A stretch of DNA of 30,674 nucleotides from a virus (lineage: Duplodnaviria; Caudoviricetes). The notes under the pieces were generated by a model. It worked only from the letters and a program-made list of their open reading frames with translations, searched no databases and was not told where the DNA came from. Numbering within the stretch: the first letter of the stretch is position 1; every line of letters starts with the position of its first letter. The position numbers and the translations under genes were made by a program. Location: positions 1-30,674 of IMG/VR virus record IMGVR_UViG_3300042510_000016, one strand, 5' to 3'. Positions 1-8,240 of the stretch are shown piece after piece.

Positions 1-2605
1 AAAACTTACCGATAACTTCAGAGAACTGAACACCAGTTGGGACAGCAACGAAGTTAAGCTGGATAAAGTTAATGCTTCTAGCAGGTTTAATATAGATGTC
101 TCCAACAAACTGATTGGTGTCAATAATTTGTGGAGTGTTATTAGTGTCGTCACATACAACATAGAAGTCCGTAATACCACGACGTCCCTTGATGGTGCGT
201 AGGTATGGTGTTACAAGATTTCTAAACTGTGCTCTAGTGAAAGCATCATTGAACTCGAATAGCTGATATTTAGCAGCAGTAGCAATTGCCTTCTCAAGAA
301 CAATAAACAATCTGCGAACGTTAATACGATCGAATGCAGATGGCTTATCCTGAAGTGTCTTATCTCCATAAAGAACAGTTCCCTGTCCTGGGAATGTTAC
401 AACAGGGTTGATGCCGTTGCTATAGAGAACGTCACGTTCAGCCTTGCGTGGGTTAAATGCTAGTTTCACAAGGTTCTTGATATGACCACGGTTGAAACCA
501 GCTGGTGACCACCAAGCGTCATTTGTAGTATCTGTTCTTGCGCAGATACCAGCAATGTCACCATTTAGTGGGACCCAACGATAAACGTCGTTGTAACGGT
601 CATACTGATACTTATAACCTGAATCCATGATAGCATAAGAAGAACTGTTTAGAGCGCCTCTCCATGCCTTTAGATCCACAGCTTCATCGCCGACGTTATT
701 AAGAACAGTTGATCTTTCTGGAGATACTAGAACAACACAATCTCTTCTAGTTTCTGCTAGATTATCAATCAAGTAATTAGCAAGCTGATAACCTGATACA
801 GTTCTACCTCCAACTGAAGTAGTTCCACCGACTGGCTTTCCTTGGATAACCAATGAGATGTCAATGTCTTCAGCTGACTGGAATAGGTCATATGCTGCAC
901 CTAGAATGCCAATTGTAGCTGTTGATTCATTTAAACCATCAGCACCAAGCGCAAAAGTGATATTTGCAGGGGCAGAAGAGGAGGCCGATACAACGTTTAG
1001 AGCAGTTGCCGATGGAGCGCTACTACGATCGTTTGCCCAACGGATATAATTAGAATTCTGGTTAATTATATCTTTGTAGTAGTTACCTGTACCGTCGTTG
1101 TTCTTACCATCAGTAGCACGTGATAGACCCTTATAAACTTCAAGAATTGTTCCTGGAGTTCCGGTAAACTTACCACCATCGTCAACAACTACAACGTGAA
1201 GTTCATCCTGTGCAGAAGTATTACCGTTATAAAGAACGTAATCTGACTGACCAGGAGCAACATCAACAACGTTAAAGAATTCCCAATAACGCTGAACAGT
1301 GTTAGTTGTGAAGTTAGTTCTTAGTCTATATGGATCTTCAAAATCAATCTCAACCACTGTAGTATTTGCAACTAGAGTTGCATTAGCTCCAGAAGTATAA
1401 GATATATCAATCTCTTCACCAAATGGTGTCAAAGATAGTTTTAGACCTGAAGAATTAGCCTGAATGACGTTATAGTTAATACCCTGAGTCAAACCAGTGA
1501 TCTGGCTATTACCAGCAGTGTTAGAATAGTTAACAATATCACCGTTTGAATAAGGATTATTGGCAATAGTGATAAAGTTAGTATTGCTAGAAACGTCTAG
1601 ACCGCTGAAACCAATAGTTGAAGTGTTAATGTAAGTTGAATTGCTACCTACAGAAACATTTTTAACCATCAAATACTGCTGATTAATTGAACTATTACCA
1701 GCTAGGATCTGATCGCCGGCAGCTACTTTAGCAGCAACAGCGTTTGCAGCAGCATTTGTAGTGCCAGCAAACTTAATTGTTGCAACGTTTGAACCGAGGC
1801 GGAATTCCAGTAGAGCGTTTGCGGAAACGCCACTACCAGCAACGTTTGCACCAACTAGAGCAACATTTGAATTGAAACTATCAGCGTTATCGCAGATACC
1901 AATTCTTAGAGAATTGCCCATTTCTCCAGGGAATCTTGCAACGTAAATAACGTCTGGATCGAAGTTTCCGTCCTTATCAGCATAGTCGTTATCATTCTTT
2001 ACAATCTGATTTACCAGATTAGCTACGAAAGAATTAGCCCCAAAAGCTGAAGAATTTGGTTCCATAGCTACAGAGGTATAAACTGAAACTGGATCAGCAA
2101 AATAGAAACTTACGCCGTTCTGAGTAGCAGTAACATTGCTTGAAAGAGTTACAGAGCTTGAGTTCTTTGAGACAACAGAAATAGTTGATAGAACGTTAGT
2201 GTTTACTGAACTGTTACCAAATGTAATGTTAGCGTTTGAACACTGAGTTAGATACATACCAACTGTGATTGCAGTTGTGCTAGAAAGCAATAGAACGTTG
2301 TTTGCGCCAGATGTATTACCTGAAACAACTGGAGTTGCACCAGTAACGTCAGCAGCACGTGAAACCCATAGACGGTTTGTATATGATAGAAAGTTTGCAG
2401 CTGTGAAAAATGTTTCTCCGTTGAAATTGGTTGGTTTACCAAATCTAGAAACCAGTGCATTTTCAGAGTCGATTAGAACTCTTTCTCCGATTGGACCCCA
2501 ACGGAATACGCCAGCAAAGGCGCCATCAGTTGTGGCGACTGAAGGAACGACTGTTGTAAGGTCGATCTCAGATACATTTACTCCAGGTGATAGTTGGAAA
2601 GCCAT
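1..2605 (-). CDS. gp18: Tail sheath protein (T4 gp18-like), 868 codons visible; stop codon falls just off the left edge
   Basis: Not in the ORF track; translated by hand from ATG at 2605. It begins MAFQLSPGVNVSEIDLTTVVPSVATTDGAFAGVFRWGP, contains WWSPAGFNRG and FDRINVRRLFI, and ends DIYIKPARSINFIQLNFVAVPTGVQFSEVIGKF. These are hallmark gp18 motifs. SD-like AAGGGAG upstream; follows gp17 as in T4. Confidence 0.97.
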   Translation of the reverse strand, partial: MAFQLSPGVNVSEIDLTTVVPSVATTDGAFAGVFRWGPIGERVLIDSENALVSRFGKPTNFNGETFFTAANFLSYTNRLWVSRAADVTGATPVVSGNTSGANNVLLLSSTTAITVGMYLTQCSNANITFGNSSVNTNVLSTISVVSKNSSSVTLSSNVTATQNGVSFYFADPVSVYTSVAMEPNSSAFGANSFVANLVNQIVKNDNDYADKDGNFDPDVIYVARFPGEMGNSLRIGICDNADSFNSNVALVGANVAGSGVSANALLEFRLGSNVATIKFAGTTNAAANAVAAKVAAGDQILAGNSSINQQYLMVKNVSVGSNSTYINTSTIGFSGLDVSSNTNFITIANNPYSNGDIVNYSNTAGNSQITGLTQGINYNVIQANSSGLKLSLTPFGEEIDISYTSGANATLVANTTVVEIDFEDPYRLRTNFTTNTVQRYWEFFNVVDVAPGQSDYVLYNGNTSAQDELHVVVVDDGGKFTGTPGTILEVYKGLSRATDGKNNDGTGNYYKDIINQNSNYIRWANDRSSAPSATALNVVSASSSAPANITFALGADGLNESTATIGILGAAYDLFQSAEDIDISLVIQGKPVGGTTSVGGRTVSGYQLANYLIDNLAETRRDCVVLVSPERSTVLNNVGDEAVDLKAWRGALNSSSYAIMDSGYKYQYDRYNDVYRWVPLNGDIAGICARTDTTNDAWWSPAGFNRGHIKNLVKLAFNPRKAERDVLYSNGINPVVTFPGQGTVLYGDKTLQDKPSAFDRINVRRLFIVLEKAIATAAKYQLFEFNDAFTRAQFRNLVTPYLRTIKGRRGITDFYVVCDDTNNTPQIIDTNQFVGDIYIKPARSINFIQLNFVAVPTGVQFSEVIGKF

Positions 2606-2650
2606 TTATTTTTCTCCCTTTTGCGAGAACTTACAATTATGAATTTTTTA

Positions 2651-2658
2651 TATTTATA
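2651..2658 (-). promoter_or_regulatory. T4-type late promoter box TATAAATA upstream of gp18
   Basis: The + strand reads TATTTATA in the gp17-gp18 intergenic gap, about 45 nt upstream of the ATG. Exact match to the gp55-dependent consensus. Confidence 0.85.
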
Positions 2659-2670
2659 AAATGAGCTTTT

Positions 2671-4311
2671 TTAGAAGTCCTGCGGTTGGTTCCACATCCA
2701 AGAATCACCTACAAATCTTTCATATTCTTCTTCTACAAAATCATCCCTTCCGGAATCCACAAACCCAAACGGAGCAAGATCCTGCTCAATGTCATCCTCA
2801 GTTTTATCTCTAAGAGACATAAGAGTATTGATATTGGTATAGTCTTTAAAGTATTGTTGATCTGATAGCCAAGCAAAGAGAACTAAACACATTACTAAGT
2901 CATCGTGTTTACCAGACTCTGCTTCGTATGAAGTTCCCTTTTTAGAAAAGGTGCCTAATTCACTGATAGTGTTCACATCGTTTACTATCAGCTGGTTTTG
3001 CTCGACCAGTAGTTTTAAAATAGAACACCCAATAGATTTTACAATTTTGGTGGTCCTAATACCCTTATCAACACTACCGCCACCAAATCCAGTAGTGATT
3101 CTCTTACCAGATCTACCAGCGTTTTCGGTAAAGAGAACATTTTCATAACCAAAATCATAATTAAGAGAAGTTGAAACCTGTTCACCTATATCGTTCACCT
3201 CAACAAGAACTGAAGCGTTGTTATAAGCCTTAGCAGTTCGGTGAATAATATCGGCATAATCTAACGGGGTAATGGCATTATTTCTATAAACACCCACTTG
3301 TTGATAAGGCATAGAAGTAACATCTATCAACTGAAATGCTGAATAGTCCAACCCCTTACCACGAGAAACGTCACATACCATCATATAAACATGATTAGGT
3401 TCTACGGCTTTAAATTGGGTCAACCCATCTTTTTGTAAGATTGGGTTTTCAGAAACTAACTCTTTAAGTTTCCAACCAGCAATCAAGGTACCAGAAGAAC
3501 CTAAGAATTCGCAATTATACTCCTGATCGAACTTCTCGAGATCAAAGTTCATACCAGCTAGAGTATCAGCCTTCCACTTTTCATCTCTGCCAGGAACCGC
3601 TTGCCAATTAACTAAAATCGGATGGTATCCATTAGTTCCCTTTTCGGCATTAGCCCAAGTAGCATGGAAATGGTTCAAACCGTTCGGAGTTGAAACCAGA
3701 ATAATCTTTGATTCCGAGCCTGACGAAATAGTAGGATAAACCGAGGTAAAGAATTCATCCCAGTTATCAATGAACGCCGCTTCGTCGATGAATAGAAGGT
3801 TGATGGTATAACCACGGATGGCGCTGGCGGAAGTAGCAGCAGCCAAAACACGGCTGTTATTTTCAAGGACGAATGAACCTTTGTTCCATTCAACAACACC
3901 CTGCTGAAGCCATTTTGGTAAGTGCTGGTAAGCCAACTGAACACGACCAAGAATTTCTCGAGCCGTATCGCCCTTGTTGGCTAGTAGGGCTACGGTCTTA
4001 TCAGGATGAAAAATTATATACCAAAGAATAAACGCACAGGTAGTAGTTGACTTACCTGCCTGACGAGCGGTGGTAACAATTGTATAACGGTTGTCTTTAA
4101 ATGATGTTACCATTTCTTTCTGGTAACCATACAAATTGAAACTTGTAAGACCCTCATTAATTGAGATGATCTTCATATAGTTTTCAGTAAAATATATGGG
4201 ATCGTTCTGACATCTAACATACTCCTGAACAAGATCTGGAGTCCATTCAATGTTCTGATTAGTTTTCTTTAGAAGAACGTTACCCTTATAACCACCCACC
4301 AACTCATTCAT
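2671..4311 (-). CDS. gp17: Terminase large subunit
   Basis: Walker A-like TARQAGKST, Walker B LLFIDEAAFI, coupling motif STPNG, RNase H-like nuclease motifs CDVSRGKGLDYS and HDDLVM; synteny with gp16 and gp18. Confidence 0.98.
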   Translation of the reverse strand: MNELVGGYKGNVLLKKTNQNIEWTPDLVQEYVRCQNDPIYFTENYMKIISINEGLTSFNLYGYQKEMVTSFKDNRYTIVTTARQAGKSTTTCAFILWYIIFHPDKTVALLANKGDTAREILGRVQLAYQHLPKWLQQGVVEWNKGSFVLENNSRVLAAATSASAIRGYTINLLFIDEAAFIDNWDEFFTSVYPTISSGSESKIILVSTPNGLNHFHATWANAEKGTNGYHPILVNWQAVPGRDEKWKADTLAGMNFDLEKFDQEYNCEFLGSSGTLIAGWKLKELVSENPILQKDGLTQFKAVEPNHVYMMVCDVSRGKGLDYSAFQLIDVTSMPYQQVGVYRNNAITPLDYADIIHRTAKAYNNASVLVEVNDIGEQVSTSLNYDFGYENVLFTENAGRSGKRITTGFGGGSVDKGIRTTKIVKSIGCSILKLLVEQNQLIVNDVNTISELGTFSKKGTSYEAESGKHDDLVMCLVLFAWLSDQQYFKDYTNINTLMSLRDKTEDDIEQDLAPFGFVDSGRDDFVEEEYERFVGDSWMWNQPQDF

Positions 4312-4711
4312 TATTCTTCATATCCTTAAGAACTTTTTGTAATTCTGCTGTAGAACCTACGAATAGATTGTTATTGATAGTTTGCGCTTTCTCGCTAATT
4401 GGTGAGTCTTTTGCATCAATTTCACGGATCTTAGACTGAAGTTCTAACAACTCTTTATTAGTGCTTACCACTGTATCCATGAGTTTAGCTAGAACTTCGA
4501 ATGCACGTGGGTGCTGCGATTGACCAGCTATTTCAGATAGCTTATCAATTGCTTCTTGACCTGTTTGGATAACTTCGTAAAGATTAGCTCGGGCTGCTTC
4601 AAAATCGTTTCTAGCAGAATCATCATGAGCTTTGGCTATCAAAGTATCAATTTGTTTTTCATATTGTAACGGAGTAAGAGACTTATCCGATTCATCATTT
4701 TTTTCTGTCAT
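4304..4711 (-). CDS. gp16: Terminase small subunit
   Basis: HPRAFEVLAKLM and NNNLFVGSTAELQK motifs typical of T4-like gp16; overlaps the gp17 start. Confidence 0.93.
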   Translation of the reverse strand: MTEKNDESDKSLTPLQYEKQIDTLIAKAHDDSARNDFEAARANLYEVIQTGQEAIDKLSEIAGQSQHPRAFEVLAKLMDTVVSTNKELLELQSKIREIDAKDSPISEKAQTINNNLFVGSTAELQKVLKDMKNNE

Positions 4712-5565
4712 TCTATCTCATCAGTGTTGTAGATTTGAGTTATGAAACCATAATCGTCATCAGAATTTACTTCAATATAAGGAACAGTTCCTGTATTGGC
4801 GTTTGGACCACCAAAGTAATTTATAGGGTTACCATTAGCGTCTAATCCAGGTTGAACTGTTATCTTTTCTGCCATTGGGGTAACACCCTTACCTTCAGCG
4901 GCAGTGTTTGTTGAAGGTATATAAAACTGTGTTCTAACAAATTTAATGATACCAGAAGATCTAATAGGACCATAAAGATAGCCTTTTAGAACAAAATCTA
5001 ATTGCCAAATTATAGCTCTTCTTTCACTATAAGCTCCATCATATGTGTCAGAATAGCTGATATTATTTAATATGATTGGAATATCCATTGTAACATTAAC
5101 TTCTGGTATTAAGTTACATGTTGTTGTCCAATCAGGAGTAAAATAAGGAAGTATTTGTTCAACAATTTTTGTTCCATCTTCAGCGTTTTTAGCGTAAATG
5201 TAAACTTTGAAATCTATATTATATGGAACAGGATTATACTGATATTTGAATTTATCAGCGTCAGTAGCATCCCTAACTGAAACTTTACCAACAGTGTTTA
5301 ATTTTCTAGAACCGTCATAAACCATTTTACCCATTTCAAAGGAAATCATAGGTAAAGGCGCAACTGCACTTGGTTTATCTAATGCTGGATCTTGGATAAT
5401 TCTAGCTAACATTTTATCTTTAGGAGCATATGTAATAGGAACTCTTACTAAAGATGTAACTGTGCCAGAAGAATCAGTTTTAGTTATACGAATCTGATTA
5501 AGTAAGGTTCCCATAAGAATTACATATTTTCTTATAAGACCAAAATAAAACGGTGAACCAAACAT
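4708..5565 (-). CDS. gp15: Tail sheath stabiliser / tail completion protein
   Basis: VPITYAPKDK, LPMISFEM, PVPYNIDF, IVEQILPYFTP and GYLYGP motifs; lies between gp14 and gp16. Confidence 0.95.
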   Translation of the reverse strand: MFGSPFYFGLIRKYVILMGTLLNQIRITKTDSSGTVTSLVRVPITYAPKDKMLARIIQDPALDKPSAVAPLPMISFEMGKMVYDGSRKLNTVGKVSVRDATDADKFKYQYNPVPYNIDFKVYIYAKNAEDGTKIVEQILPYFTPDWTTTCNLIPEVNVTMDIPIILNNISYSDTYDGAYSERRAIIWQLDFVLKGYLYGPIRSSGIIKFVRTQFYIPSTNTAAEGKGVTPMAEKITVQPGLDANGNPINYFGGPNANTGTVPYIEVNSDDDYGFITQIYNTDEIE

Positions 5566-6293
5566 TAAATGTTACCTTCGCTAAATGGATCTAAAGAACT
5601 GAAGTCAACAAACATGTCAGACTCTGTTTGAATTTCGTCATTGTCTGAAGCTGGAACTAAATCTTCCAATGAGAATTTTTCTAATACTAGATAATCGCCC
5701 TCTTCAGTCATAATAGAAATTTTATTAGAACTTTCTGTTCTTATTGTCCAATCCAGAATATTTGTATCGTTCTTTCTTTGAATAGAATCAATTTCTGGAA
5801 TACCTGTATTGAACAGTTCTCCGGAATATTCAAACACTTCACAAGTCATTTCCCATGTTTGAAGTGCACCTAGCTGATAAAACATTTCATATTTGTTAAC
5901 ATACTTAATCTGAAACGCTCTTTGATTCAAAGGAAAATAGATAATATCTCCTTCGTTTGGTCTTACCTGTGCGGTAAACTCACCAACTTCTTCATTAAAG
6001 ATTCTACGGGCAACAGAGAATACAACTTGATTGCGAATTTCAACGCCAAACTTAGATAGAAATTCTTGATCGCCACTAAACCCGTCAATGGATTTAATAT
6101 ACATTTCTATAGGATAAGCTACTTCATAAGAAGATTGATCGTCCGCTCCATACACATCATCGTAATTGTTTAATTTACGAGGAACGTAATATATGTCATG
6201 TCCGTATATTTTTATCGACTCAATTACCAAATTCTCAAGAAGTAGTTGTTCTTGAGATGCTTGGAAATTGTTGAAGAAAAAGTTAGTGGCCAT
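5565..6293 (-). CDS. gp14: Neck protein
   Basis: LVIESIKIYGHDIYYVPR, FLSKFGVEIR, RPNEGDIIYFP, FYQLG and C-terminal DPFSE motifs; synteny. Confidence 0.95.
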   Translation of the reverse strand: MATNFFFNNFQASQEQLLLENLVIESIKIYGHDIYYVPRKLNNYDDVYGADDQSSYEVAYPIEMYIKSIDGFSGDQEFLSKFGVEIRNQVVFSVARRIFNEEVGEFTAQVRPNEGDIIYFPLNQRAFQIKYVNKYEMFYQLGALQTWEMTCEVFEYSGELFNTGIPEIDSIQRKNDTNILDWTIRTESSNKISIMTEEGDYLVLEKFSLEDLVPASDNDEIQTESDMFVDFSSLDPFSEGNI

Positions 6294-6295
6294 GA

Positions 6296-7036
6296 TTATC
6301 CAATCATATCAGTTGCTGGCAAGCTGTATGTGTAAATCATTTCTCTTTCTAAGGCTTCTCTTTCTTGAGTGGCTTCATCGTATATTTTCTGACCATTGAA
6401 AGTTAAGCCTCCAGGCATTTTCATACCTTCAAACTTTTTAAGATTTTGACCCCACTGCTGTTTAATCAAACAAGAAGCATAACGCCCTAACCAACGATCG
6501 CCCCAAGCATCAGAATAAACTGCAGGGTCTACGATTTGATATGCTTCAACGATTAGATAATTACCAACAGCAACTTGATCCCAAGACATGTCAATGTAAA
6601 GTCTATTAATATGTCTATTATATCTAAGTGGTTGTTGTCCAACTAGCATTTGTTCTAGGAACTGAACATGATTCATGGCCATATAATATGGCACCATAGA
6701 AACTGATGTCAAAGTGTAAAGATCGTTTAGTGCAATCTGATAACGGATATTGAATAGGTTATTCAAACCAAGCGCAGAGCCAAGAGGGAAGATATTTACC
6801 GCTCCAATTATGTTCTCTGGGAGAGTAATATATTTGTTGGCAATATCAGTTGAGTCTATTTGTCTTTTATAATAGGTCTTTTCAGAACCATCAAAATGAT
6901 AATCCCAATAATATCTTAGAGCTTCGTCAATACGATCTGAAACCTGATCGTCGTCGACGTTGATTTCAACAACTGGTTTACCTAATTTTCTTAGGCAATA
7001 TTCAGTAAATTCTGCTCTTGTTGTTGGCACTGCCAT
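6296..7036 (-). CDS. gp13: Neck protein
   Basis: YCLRKLGKPVVEINVDDDQVSDRIDEAL and QWGQNLKKFEGMKMPGGLTFNG motifs; synteny. Confidence 0.95.
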   Translation of the reverse strand: MAVPTTRAEFTEYCLRKLGKPVVEINVDDDQVSDRIDEALRYYWDYHFDGSEKTYYKRQIDSTDIANKYITLPENIIGAVNIFPLGSALGLNNLFNIRYQIALNDLYTLTSVSMVPYYMAMNHVQFLEQMLVGQQPLRYNRHINRLYIDMSWDQVAVGNYLIVEAYQIVDPAVYSDAWGDRWLGRYASCLIKQQWGQNLKKFEGMKMPGGLTFNGQKIYDEATQEREALEREMIYTYSLPATDMIG

Positions 7037-7054
7037 TTAATTACCTTTGAATTA

Positions 7055-7072
7055 TGTTTATAATTATTTAGC
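7055..7072 (-). promoter_or_regulatory. Candidate late promoter variants (GCTAAATA, TATAAACA) upstream of gp13
   Basis: Two near-consensus boxes lie 19-36 nt upstream of the gp13 ATG. The region is AT-rich, so a chance match is possible. Confidence 0.45.
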
Positions 7073-7528
7073 GGATTGTTCTTGTGAAGATTGTTTAGCA
7101 AGTTCTAATAATTTTTGAAATTCTTCCTCTGTTATCCATTTAATATTATTGTTATCCCAAAAATATTTTTTACCATCATCTGGATAAGGGAATGGAGGAA
7201 TCCATTCAATTTTTGCTTCATCTAACGTCCATGTATCTTTAAATGGAAATATTTCTTTTGATATTCTAATTTTTTCTGCTTTTTCAGATGGAGTTAAATC
7301 TCTAATTATATGAACATCTCTCCAGATATTATCAATTTTTTCATAATGGGTGCTATCATGAGTTTTTGATTGATCATATATTGGTAAAGGAACTCTTATA
7401 AATTTTTCAAATCCTTGAGGCGGATTATCAACGTCTAAATCGGGATAAAACTGCCTCAGATTCCATTCTGCGATTGGATGTTCAAAAGGTTTTCCTTCTA
7501 CAACTCTAATAAAAAAATGTTCAGACAT
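7064..7528 (-). CDS. Hypothetical 154-aa protein, probable fibre/tip assembly chaperone (start revised to ATG 7528)
   Basis: The ATG at 7528 follows GGAG and abuts the upstream stop codon. Charged, aromatic composition with a WTLDE..EWIPPFPYPDDGKKYFWD motif; lies directly downstream of the Gly-rich protein. Confidence 0.65.
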   Translation of the reverse strand: MSEHFFIRVVEGKPFEHPIAEWNLRQFYPDLDVDNPPQGFEKFIRVPLPIYDQSKTHDSTHYEKIDNIWRDVHIIRDLTPSEKAEKIRISKEIFPFKDTWTLDEAKIEWIPPFPYPDDGKKYFWDNNNIKWITEEEFQKLLELAKQSSQEQSAK

Positions 7529-7529
7529 T

Positions 7530-8240
7530 TTAACTCCAATTAATTGTGACCCAACCGTTAGCTCCATTGCCTGGGGTGCCGGCGTTATAACCTCCAACAT
7601 TTACTCCGCCACCCCCTCCGACGGTTACAGGATAAGACCCTGCCCAGACAGGAAACCCAGAAGTTATTTGATGTGACCATTGTTGAGTAACTTTTCCTCC
7701 AGCGCCGCCATTACCACCGCTATATGCTGGTTGGAAGGCATAATTGAAATATCCGCTACCACCACCTCCACCAGCTCCTCCGCCTCCGGTTGTTACAGAT
7801 CCTCCTGATCCTCCACCATTAGTACCTGCACCACCGAAACTTGCAAATCCACCGCCACCACCACCTGTCCCAGCAGTAGCAGATAATCCATTAAAAGAAC
7901 TGTTGGCGCCACTGTTTCCTCCAGATCCGCCTTCGGCTATAGCAAAATAATATAAAAAAGCATAATAAGCGCCTTCACCACCACCACCGCCACCTGCCGC
8001 AACATTAGCAAAAACTGTCTGGTATGGATATACTAACCATGAATATGAACCAGGAGTGCTGTAAGTATTACTTCCTGCCGCTGGTTTCCCATAACCAGTA
8101 CTTATGGATATCGATCCAGAAGGAACACCAAAAAGATATCTAGTGTTAGCTTCTCCAATAGAAATTTCAGAAGTGGCATTTCCTTTTGTTATAGTTGCGA
8201 TATCTGAAAATGATATTTGTCCGCTAGATGGTAATGCCAT
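7530..8240 (-). CDS. Glycine-rich fibre-tip / adhesin-like protein (236 aa)
   Basis: N-terminus MALPSSGQISFSDI; several poly-Gly segments (AGGGGGGEG, GGGGGGF, GGGGAGGGGGSG) separated by aromatic-rich stretches; translationally coupled to the S74 fibre gene. The architecture recalls T-even gp38 adhesins (analogy only). Confidence 0.65.
   Translation of the reverse strand: MALPSSGQISFSDIATITKGNATSEISIGEANTRYLFGVPSGSISISTGYGKPAAGSNTYSTPGSYSWLVYPYQTVFANVAAGGGGGGEGAYYAFLYYFAIAEGGSGGNSGANSSFNGLSATAGTGGGGGGFASFGGAGTNGGGSGGSVTTGGGGAGGGGGSGYFNYAFQPAYSGGNGGAGGKVTQQWSHQITSGFPVWAGSYPVTVGGGGGVNVGGYNAGTPGNGANGWVTINWS

Noticed and set aside
2671-4311. Intron, intein or homing endonuclease in the terminase or neck block
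   Set aside because: The ORFs are continuous, of ordinary length and tightly packed, with no splicing or endonuclease motifs seen.
7529-7600. Track start for the 178-aa ORF
   Set aside because: It overlaps the upstream gene by about 70 nt. The ATG at 7528 has a GGAG SD and abuts the upstream stop codon.
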